64,000 nucleotides of DNA from Tubiluchus corallicola. Lineage: Eukaryota; Animalia; Priapulida. Below are positions 25,489 to 37,400 of the stretch, piece by piece. Where the stretch lies: NCBI GenBank assembly GCA_030141605.1, contig JAQGDQ010000255.1, positions 243,746 to 307,745 of the forward strand, given 5' to 3'. Positions within the stretch are counted from its first letter, which is position 1, and every line of letters starts with the position of its first letter. Made by a program: the position numbers and the translations under genes. Under the pieces are notes generated by a model. It was given only the letters and a program-made list of their open reading frames with translations, was not told the DNA's origin and made no database searches.

Positions 25489-28400
25489 CTGAAAATATCA
25501 ATATCGTCTGTTAGCAAAGAAAGAAAAAGTTTTGTAATCGACATTTTCTCTTGAAAAAAGTTCCAAATCAACTTCAAAGGGCCAGAGTTAAAAACTAGAG
25601 GTCGTAATTTTGCAAATTTTCACATTATATGATCAATATCAGGCTTCTTTTGATTAGAATAGCTTACAACTTTTACATTGACAGTTTAACATCTGAAACT
25701 GAGATCTGGTTTTTTGAAATGAAAACCGCTAAATGTAGATCAGCAATTTTTTATGCTACTCCTCTTATACAGCAACGACGAAATCGGGAAGCCAATCCAA
25801 ATTCTTCAGCAATTAGTAGGACAGATTTAGGTTTGTCCTTCACTGAGTCACTTGAATCACTGCCAGTGAGTAACCCAAGGTCAGAAGTCACACACAAGAA
25901 CACAAAAACCCGGAGACTTTATGCAATGCACAGTAAATTTGTGAGATTTTGTGGCTTTATTTCTAAGGCACAGTTATCCCATTAGCAAATTTTTAACTAA
26001 TTATAACCACCAGGATGACATTAGAGTTTAATCATGACTTTGGGGATTTTCTGCATTCTACTGAAACTCATATGCGATGCTGCAATAAAATGTAACACAT
26101 AGGAGCAAAGAGTTTACATTCTCTCCAATTGTTATCAATTAGTCAAGAGAATAAGCCTGCCAACTGTCTGCTATTTCAGACAACACAAACTTTGGTTTTT
26201 ATGCATGCTTTTCATTATGTTGTTTAGTGACCAGAGTCATCTCATTCCCCCAATGTTAACGTGCTATTAGTCGCATTTCACACACAAACCCTTGTTGCAT
26301 ATCTTTGTGGACTTGGTCAATTATCAGTAAAGCAATACCATGGCTCAAGTGCCTCATTACGTAAAATTTGATGAAAATTAACCAAATTTATCTGCCTAAA
26401 ACCAACAGATCCTTGTACCACATTTCGCCCGCCAAAATTATACCATTCATTATACAAAAACGATTTGACACATATGGTTTGTGTTAAATTAACAACACTG
26501 AAATTATTACTATAAACAACTAGATCTCAAAAATGCCGCCAAAATCTTGGAGCAGTCAGAAAATTTGCTCAGATAAAATCCGAATATCAGGCAGTAATAA
26601 CGGTTGGTACAAACTTAGCTTTGGCATATTTACGTACAAACAAAATTAGCAGAGGTGTGTAACTAGCGTAAAACAGACGTACAGCTATGCTGAAAAAAGG
26701 CTGCTGAAAACCAATGATCTCAACTACTAAGAATTTCTTGCAACATTCAGGCCAGCCAAAGCTGCTTATGCTGCACGAAGCAGTAAACAGCCATACAGCA
26801 GCACCAAAAATAGCCTCTCCTAAGATTATATTACACCTTCTGCTATAGGATTCCTCCCGTTCTTCTCTGATTAGCTGTCAACCAATAGACGGCAGCATAA
26901 ATTGGTTCACAAATGTTGCATTTGCTTTAGTTTTATATGTATCTTGTTAAAAAATGCCATGAAGCACTTCTACACATATTGTAAAGCTTCAAACTAAAAT
27001 GTCGTCTATAATAAATTGTTTAAATAAGTAAAAAATGGTAAATCCAATTGCCCAGTGTGTTTTCATTAAGCACACTGTTCACTGATTATAAGTAATTAGT
27101 TCAAACAACATAAACATGCAAACCTCAGCAGTTAACTATGTCCTGAAGTGTGGCCTCCATCTGGTCGGAGAGGGATTTCACTCTCAACTTCTCCTCTGCT
27201 AACTCCTCTGAAGTAATGCAGCACAAACACATGCAAACGTCATGCAATTATTTGTCAACAATATAAAAAACCGAACAAACAATTTTGAGCTCCCGATTTC
27301 ACGTTGGACATTTGTGGTTGACATGTTCCAAACGTGGCAAATCTTGCAGCAAGTAAAACGTTTCACTTTCCATATTCAAGAAAAAAGGTTTACATATACG
27401 AAATGGAGACTATTTGTTGAGTGTCAAGAATTATCAAACTGTGGACTTGACCTCTGCATTCTCAAAGAGAGATGCCCCGTTTTTGAATGTCGGTTCAAAA
27501 ATCAATCAACCGTGATTTCAAGAGCCCAGGACACTCTGCGTACAGGTCACTAGAGTTAGTACAAAATGCAAAATAAAAAGAAAATTCCAAATAAAAATTG
27601 GGACCAGTAATGGAATGAAGATGGAAACAATTTTGGCAAAAACAGAACAGGCAAAATGGGGTATTCAAAAAGCAAAATGGTGAATATAGGCAAACAAACT
27701 GTACGCAGACGAAAGAATTTGTCAACAATATCGTGATAAAAGCTCTTTACACATAAAGATGACTTAATTCCAACAGAAACAGAGCAATGGTGGCAGAAGA
27801 GAAAACAACAGCATCATCACTGCGAGTATAGAACTCACACCATTGAGAACAGGGAAGCAAACAGTAACAAAAAATAATTATTTGAAACTTCCTGAGGTAG
27901 TTTCGCATATATTATTAGCTCATTTCAGCCATCATGAACAATCGACTGTGACTAGCACTTTAACCTTATCAAAAATCATCATGCTCATTATATTTTTTCT
28001 GTCAATAAAAAAGAATAAATGCGGAGAAAACATGTGAAATCCAGTTTAAAAACCAAGGGCAGTTTCACAAAGCCATCACGACGTCGTTATCATACTCACT
28101 TAACTACATGTATTAATAACGACATTAACTTAGTGACAACTTTGTGAAACTAGCCCAGTTTACTCTGTGAACCATAGGGTAGTATCAACTTGTTCGGGTA
28201 AAAGAGCTTTTATCAGAAAACAAACAAACGCAATATAAATGTACCATAATCTATGAGTTAAGCCGAGAAATGTTAATTAAATTTCTGTATTAAATGAACG
28301 TAGAAGTTGTTAAAGATTAAATCTTCTTTTCTATAATGTCAAAATAACTCAGACGCAAGCAACACAAGGCTCACTTCAGTAAAAATATCCAGTAGGAATG

Positions 28401-31400
28401 CAAAACCTTGCACTCTAACACTCTTAACTCACTACAGATTAGACTAATTGCGAGCAAAGGTGGACCGTTCCACCTTATATCACATAGAACAAAATGTGAG
28501 TAAAACAAAATACACCAGTCGTATGGTTTTGCTATGTTAGAAGCTAAATGGTAGAAGTATTTCATTTAGGAACATAGAAACTAAACAGGTGAACAAAGAA
28601 CATTGTTTAGATAACACCTTGTCCCAAGTTGCAAGAAAAAGCGAAACAAAGTTCTTACCTTCCAGTCTGTCGACCTCCTTCTGGAGCTTCTGTACAGTCC
28701 TCTCGGCAAACTCAGCACGAGTTTCAGCCTATAAGTGAGAAACTCATATTAAGCCAAAACTTACAACAGTGTTACAAAAGCACAAAGCGTATAGTTTGCA
28801 TTTCATTTATAAACATTTCTCATCCAAAAGGTGAAAGCGACGAGGAAGCAATTATGCAGTCATTTTTTTGCAGCTGTTTTATTTTGTTTCATTTCCTGAT
28901 CTACAAAAGAACTGCCCGTTTAGCCGAAAAAGATTTGAAGCATCGTTACTTTTTCAATGCATATTCATTTTGCTCGTTTTAAAACAAAATTTGTAAACAT
29001 TAAGCTTACATCCTTAAGTCTGGCAGTAAGGTCGCGGATCTGAGTTTCATAGCTGTCTTCTCTTTGTGCAGCCTGAAAAAGAAAAGAGAATAAATAAACA
29101 AACACAAAAAACAAAAAATGTTTCAAGAAACTGTTTCAGGCTTATTAGTTGTTTTATCTTAACTACTCTTGTGTTTTCGTTGAGCAACCTCAACAACCTC
29201 AGTGCATATCAAACGACAAACGAAGAAATAATATTGCATTTCCTGACAACAACTGTGAATTAAGCCAAGGATTGTTTTATATCTATTGTTTTTGTATGGC
29301 TATAATACAGTACCTTCTCCTCGCTAACTTCTAGAGATTTCAGGTTGTTGCCGACAACTCGAAGTTCCTCTTCCAATTCTACAATTTTGCTGTAAAATAG
29401 CAAGAAACAATTTACCATTTGACATTCCATCACAATTCATATTCTTGCCTTAACATCATGAAGCAAGCAAATGTGATACTGTACTAAAATGCAACGAATG
29501 ACAGAAATACGACATTTTGCTAATGAAAACAATGTAAATGTAATACTTTGCTAGTGAAACATTAGCATGAAACATGTAAACATGACATGTGCAAATGAAA
29601 CGGGTTATCGGTTGGAGCAAAATTCAGGAAATCTGCAAAACAATAATGAAGACAAATGCTAGGAGATACAGGAAGCTTGGATTTAACGTGCATCAAGTAG
29701 CTGATTCAACGGAAGATAAGAAACATGTGCAAGCTTACCATTACTGCGATCTGCCAGGGCACATAAAATAAACCACAAAATGCTTACAAGTTCTAAATGA
29801 GCAGCGCTTGTACGAAACGGAGACAGATAAGCAAAATTTTTTAGAGCAGCCATACATACACGTTTTACATAGCTGTGATGCATGCATTAACTTTTAACGA
29901 GACATAATCTAGTGCATGATTTCAGCATAGCGAAGCTTACTAGGCTGCCATTCCATATTAACTATGCTAAATACGTTTCACAATCTACAACACTGAGCAA
30001 TTAGACAATAATCCACAATATAATGAAGGGATGATTTGTGTTTTACTGGTGGCTTCCAAAACTGATGCAATTTTGTATTTTAATTTTGCTAAAAAAAGAA
30101 AAATACTATGCTCCAGTTAGGATTTTTTTTGTAAAATCATCCATTCATATTACACAGCGCAACATTAAGACATTTATTTTTAGCCACTATATTTCTCCTA
30201 GAGATTATAATTGCCATTCAAAGCACTTATTAATGAACTGCAGTTTTTCAGCTCACGAAAACAACATGCTTATTAAGTTAACTTAAAGAGGGGAAGTTAG
30301 ACAAAAGCAAAGCAGATATTAGACAAAACAACACACATCTGACATCAAGAACTCCATTATCATAATCACACACTGCAAATATTTAAGTAGTCAAGCAGGA
30401 CGTACTACGTGTAAATATCGTAAGTTAACATGCAAACAGTAAGCGGTAAACGAGCAACATAATCACGCAAATAAACGAAGAAGAACTGGTAATGTATGCA
30501 GGTGTAAACAGATGGAAAAGAGAATCAAAACTGGTAAAAGTGTAATTTGGGGTGTAAAGAATTCAAACGGCAATACGTAGCAATATGGACATAGAGATAA
30601 ACGACTGCGTTTAACTTATGTGAACATTTTGTGTTGACCGTAGACGTGGTGACGCACAGAAATGTATTTTCAGACTTTTGCATTGAGGAAAAAAGTATCT
30701 GAAGGTGCCCAGAAGTTTTTGTGAAGAACTTGATAGCACGTGTTTTGATAAAAAGTGTTCAGCGACGAAAATTAACTGAAGAATCAGAAAGTGAAAACTA
30801 GAGTAAATGACACGCCACCTTCTGTCAGCTTGAAGTAATTCATACTGTGTGCACGTCTTTAAGCGATACACTTCTCTTACAAAAATAAACTAGCAACTGC
30901 ATGTTTTTGAATGCAGTAGAATGGAGAAAAAGCCGAGGAAGCAAAAACATCTGTCAATGAAACGTGCTACCACATCTTACGGCTGCGCACAGAATGCTTC
31001 ATATTACTCATTCATAAACAAAATAATCTCGAAAATTCAATTGAAAATAAATGGCGCAGAAGAGGCAGGCATCAGCAGAGAGGTGCTGTACTCACGCTTC
31101 ACCCCCGGAAGCCCTCTCCTCCGCGCGCTCCAAGTCGGACTCCATCATCTGCACTCTGCGAGACACCTAACGATTGTAACAATGATAAAGTATTAGACAA
31201 TTTAGTCGTAATGTAGTGTACTTACGCCTCGCCTGCCTCTGCACGCTCTTCCGCTCGCTCCAAGTCAGACTCGACCATCTGAACTTTTCGAGCTACCTAG
31301 ACACACATAAGAAACTACTTAGCATAAACTGTAAATTCAAATAATTTTATATGCTTTACTTATTTGTAACGATATGATATGAACAATAGTATAAAAAAGT

Positions 31401-34400
31401 TTTCCACTTTTCAGTGCAGACAAATAAATAAAGCGTTTTCGAAGTCTAAAAAATGTATAACAAACAAGTGTCACAAATAACAGCACTGACCAATGTATAG
31501 CAGTTGCTTAGTTTGCTTTTAAATATTTCACCTATCTAAGCACATAAACTCTAACAAGTGCTAATTAAATTAAATTGAACAAACTGTTAATTCAAATATT
31601 GCACTTCTCATAATGTAATAAATGTCCAGAGCAAACTGTAAAATATGTGAAACTAAAAGCAGTGATGTAAAATGATGACATCGTCAATTTATCTCTGTAG
31701 TCATCGTACTTGGCTCAATTACCTCTACTTCTGTTTGGCAGTAAAATTAATGTAGATACTATGCTAGATAAAATATCAATCAAAATACACAGTTCCTAAA
31801 CTTCTAAGAATCAGCAAAACTTAGTTACAACAAAAACATAAAGAAAACAGTAAATATCTACAAAGCAAATTAAGCTAGAAGGTAATGCAGGTGTATCTAA
31901 AAAAAGTACTAAAAGTAATTAAGTGGCTAAAAAATCTTGGACCACAGGTTTTGTCGTCAAGAATGTAGATAACCCAAGGTATGGAAGACAAGATTTTTTA
32001 AACCACGTACAATATTACTTACTCAGTAGTGTCGTCATTCCAGTTCTACGAATTAATGCCCAACGTAAAAGCACAATAATGCAAAAAAAGCATGCTGTAT
32101 AACAAATCAATACCGCATTCTACTTCTAAAACTTATGTAGTTTAAAGACACAGTAGTAGATTCTGAGCTTTTATAACAGTTTTTCTAACTGACTTATGAT
32201 TAAGAAATTGAAGTTTGGCAATAAAAGAATTCACCAGCATCCACTTGAATAGTGACATGATTTATTTCACAACTGACGTTTCAACATCGAAGCAAGATGC
32301 CTGTTTTTCCAACACAAACATGCTTCATTACTGTTTTTCATAATTTATTGTGCACAATTTTGCTTTAGTTTTAACTGGAAAAAAATTTATGGTAAAATGA
32401 CCCAAACGACCACTAAAGTACGCAATTTGGAAAATTTCTGAAAAAGCTAAAAGGTAGACTTGTTTAGAAGTCATTCAAGATTTTCTAGCTAATCGTGAAT
32501 GAATAATAAATTATTGGTATACATGCTATAGAAACTGTACATCTTTAAACTACAAGCTACAAAACTATTCTAGCAAAACATTTGTACATGTGTACAAGCT
32601 TTTAGAACACCACGAAATCTGTATGATTTCAAATACATCTAAAACATTGAGGAAATAACAAATTTTATGTTACTATATGTCAGGTCACCCTGTCTATCCT
32701 GGACCATCATAATGCTAAGTCATTACATACAAAATGTTTAGCAATTTCACAAACACAATGTGGCTGATTAGGTTTACGACTTGACATTCAAAAATGAAAA
32801 CACAGAACAAACTAAACAAAGTTTCACAAACTGGTCAATGAATGATCAGTAAAAATACCTGAACTTTGGGAATCTAGCTATATCTAGCATGCATGCATGC
32901 ACATATCCGACTGTCTCAGAGGAAACCCAGACAAAACAAGAGAATTTTTCCTTCAAATTATGCAGGAAAACAACATTCAACCAAAGTTATTATGATGAAA
33001 GTTTGAAAAGCACAGTGTTTTACGAAAATATGGCACAATTTAAATTTAACTATTCTTTCTCAAATTTTGATTTGACGGGTTTCTCAATACCATTTTCCAG
33101 AACATTGCTGGCTTTACTGACATTGGCTGGGCTTCCCGAGAAGTGCTCACAAAGATCATAATTCACAATAATGTATTAGAAATGTTGGCGCTTTTACAGA
33201 GATTTGTCCAAAAAATTATTTTAATAATGTAAAAAAATGCTAGTATTAAGATTATTGGTGTGGTTAATAATCCTAATTCAGCAAAAAGCATTGGTTACTA
33301 AAGAAAGCTTTATGGATCTCCTTTGATGCTGTTGATATACAAAAGTTACTGAAAGACTATTAAGCAAACATGTATGGTTATTAACCTACTGTTTATAGCA
33401 TAGGAAACATTACATACATATCATAAATCAGGTGATCGGCAAAAAAGAAAAGAAAAATATGTGCACCGTTACAATTGCCATATCCAGGCAACTGCAGCAT
33501 GCAATTTCCTCATATGCAGTATCATCAGGCACATTTTAACTTTAGTTCCATATGAATATATCAACTATGAATAATAAACTGTCGCTACCATTGTGCGGTG
33601 ATGCGATTAGTACGACGCATTTGCTCTACAAGCGGCAAATTTTGTACATTTTTTGTTCGACTTGTGCGACAAAATGTAAAAATTTCGGCACATTAGGTGT
33701 TACAAGTATGTTGAGCTATGCCGGAGCTGCATAAGTAATATTCAATGACCATCCAGCCGGATGCATCAACTGCGTGTTACTCGGATGCAGCATGCAAGCA
33801 CTGCCGGCTAACCTCATCATATTTTCTATCAGCTTCTTCTGCGAGAAACTGGGCTTCCTTCAGCTGCATGTCGAGCAAATTGGTGCGTTCTTCCTCGCTG
33901 TTCACTCGATTCTCAAGCACCTTGCGATTTCTTGTCAAGGCAGAAACAAACACAGTTAGTCAATCCGCACTCGCAAAATCAACAGTTTAGTTACCATATC
34001 AGTGATGGGCTTGGACGGAGAAAAAGAAATCAGAGCACTGCATTTTCCGCACACCATGCACACAGAGCCTACCCTAAAGTGCGAACCCGAGGAGTACTAA
34101 CACGCATTCACATACTTTTGGACAGGAGCTGTAGATCAGACACGCATGTTGTTAGTACAAAACAGTTGCTAAAACGAAAAACAATGGGTAATTATCAAGG
34201 TCGACGCCTTTAGAAAACCATGCCAGATCACCTCATCATATTTTCTATCGGCTTCCTCCGCCAAGAACTGGGCTTCCTTGAGTTGCAACTCCAATGCGTC
34301 AGTTCTCTCTTCCTCAGATTGGACCTTGTGTTCTAGCATTTTCCTCATGCTAGCATGTACAATAATCAAGTTAAACTCAGTTAACCCTTTTGTCCACGTC

Positions 34401-37400
34401 ACATATATACACAAACAACCCATGCAAAAAATCCCACAGGTCGGGGTCACCTGCGGCTACCTTTTTTCCGTGGCATCCGCATCTGAAAAACAACGTAACA
34501 ACAACAACAACAAAGACACTCGTGTAGAAGATGCATGCACGGGGCCATTGGCCAGGTGTGGGTGTTATAGTATATATCTAGTGTCCCCGGTGCGGGGCAC
34601 CACAGACACACTACACACGCAACTGACGACTTGGCAACGATGATGTGAAGACAGAAAGCGGAACACCTAAAACAGGTATTAGACAGCATGAAGATTAGCA
34701 CGCAGCGCACTCCATCGCATGCATCTGTCACCTCATCGTATTTTCGATCCGCCTCCTCCGCCAGAAACTGCGCTTCCTTCAGCTGCAGCTCCAGGGCGTC
34801 CGTCCGCTCTTCTTCCGTCTGGCATTTGTGCTCAAGCATTTTCCGCATGCTAATATAAGGGTAAAAAATTGTCAATTTTCACATTATCACCTGCACAATA
34901 TCAGCAAAGGGAACCTGTGGGTAAAATACATGTATGAATCAAACAGCGACTACGTTCTAGAGCTCTAACTACACCAGCAAGCTACGAGAAATCCTTACGC
35001 CCACCGAGAGCAAAAGTACAAGGACATAGCCCAACACCGCCCTAAACGCTAACCAACCGGAGTACCTCTTCAAAACGTTGCTCGGCTGATTCGTGTAATA
35101 ACTGTGCCTCTCGAAGCTGCATTTCTAACAGCTCACCGCGGCTGTCGTCCATTGTACTTCTATTCTCCATGGCCTTCCTTGCACTGCGAAACAGAATACA
35201 CAGAGGCGACTGTAATGGCATGCACATGCAAATAAGAAATGGTTAACTAAATGGACCAGATTTACATGCATACCTCCTCATACTTCTTATCGGCTTCTTC
35301 TGCTAGCACCCTATACTGCTGAATCTCTCGCTGAAGATCATCTATTCGATCGTCGTCGACATGGAAGCGATTTTCCATGGCCTTTTTTGCCCTGCCCATG
35401 CAGCGAGAAGCGCAATGAAACAAATACAAAACAGACAAATGCCGGTTAGTCAAATACAGTTTCTATTCTAAGACGTTAGTGAGTTTAAGACAGCATGAGA
35501 AGTGATGTGCCAGTCATTGGCTGTCTGGCAAGGTTCTAAAGAAAAGAGACGGTAAAACTGAAACCACCTGTAGCATAGTTTAGTCCAGCAAGAAATTAAA
35601 CAATGAAGTGAAGAATTACACCATAAAGAATAACAGATGTCTGAAAAAGAAAGATGATAGGAGAGAAGTAGTTATTAAGCACAGAACACAAAATATCAAC
35701 ACTGGAAGGAAAAACACAAACACAAAACCAAGGCCACAGAAACTTGTAAAACACTTTGATTTAGTAAAAAACAGAATCTATTGCATAACTTGCCATTTAC
35801 TGTTTTTAGGTTTATGGATAATGTTACAAAGTATAACTACAGCCATAGACTTTCATTTACTGAAACTAATTAATAAATAGTGTTTCACATTTATCTCAAA
35901 ACATTCATCATATAAACAATTTTTTTTGTTTACAAAAATTCTGCAAAATCACTTATAAAACTTCGTTAAGACAACAAAATTTCATTCAACAAAATCTGAA
36001 TGAAAAAGGATGATGATGCAAGCTTGATTATACACTACTGATGGTCACGAGACCATGCTAACTGATGATATATAGTGATCAATAACTGCTGAACACTACC
36101 TCATCACTTAATCAGTGATATTAATATGTTCGAATAATCAAACCAGTCATTTGATAAAAAAATATGAATTCATATGCAAAAACTATAAAAGCAAAATGAA
36201 AAAAATCTTTTGTAAATTTTTTTTGACATTTACAATAACAAAATCGATGAAAAGGAAATTTCGTCTTTAAGTTCACAAGATCACCTGGACTTAGTTATTA
36301 ATAACTATATTTCATTTTAAAAGTATTAGTTTTTTGTTTGCTTTTGAGTTCAGAAACATGAATATAGAATTCTTTTAACAATTTTGTAATTCATTATATA
36401 ACACCCACAAAAAACCAAGATTGCATCACATTTCATATAAAAATATTGACTTTTTTAACTAGATCATTTTTATCAAGCCAGAGAAAATAGTTTAAGTAAC
36501 AGTTTATGTCATACCGTTCACTTTCATCTGCAGCCTTTGAGGCTTCCTCTAATTTTTCTGTTGCGGTCTTTAATCTTTCCTCAGTTCTTTCCAAATCTTC
36601 TTCCAACAACTGGATTCTCCTGTTTAAGTTCTGTACCTCAGCTTCGGCCTATGGACAAACATTAAACAGGAAAATTGTTGATTACACGCTATTGTTGTAA
36701 ACGATGTCAAATATAAACAGCTAACTTAGATTTGCCCAAAATATGGCGGATAAGTAATAAAATCTCGTTACGTCAGAAAAACTGAGAAACTGGTTCTTAG
36801 ACACATTTCTTTCAAAAAAGATGAGGACAAAACTGCTCAATTTATTTTAGTTTGGAAATAATTGATTTTCAAACAAAAGGCAATGTAGACACAGTCTATA
36901 AAAATATAACAGGCATTTCATACCTATAGACTATATCAGCAGTCCACAATTAAACAACAAGACTCAATTTTACAAGGTACCATGTGTATGCATAGCATGT
37001 CTTTAACACCACAAGTAGTTGAAAAAAGCACTGATAAGCAACAACAACAACAACAACAAATGCATACACGTGGTGTTTACCAAGGTATTTATGAGCTTTT
37101 TCATTTTTAGGTAACAAAACAAGTAAAAAATCACATGTTGTGCCCAAGAACCAATTACTTAATTTTAAGTGATTGAGCAATAAAGTTACAGCTATATATT
37201 TCAAGATAATGAAATGATCACCTTATAATATTTTCTACTTAAACATAATTTTCCGAATGTCATTAGATGAGAGCAAATGGTTTAAATTAGAACTACCAAG
37301 AAGCACTGACAATTTTTATTTGCAAATGAGCAAACCCGAAAAATATCATCTGTAGAGTTCAATGCTCTACACTAGGAAACTATTCATTATAAAAGTGATT

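Noticed and set aside
26826-26880. Another possible short tropomyosin terminal exon ([13 protein letters not shown])
   Set aside because: Poor pyrimidine tract, no coiled-coil similarity; expected by chance.
33745-34643. Plus-strand ORFs over the exon-4 array
   Set aside because: Antisense shadows of GC-richer coding exons; no protein features.
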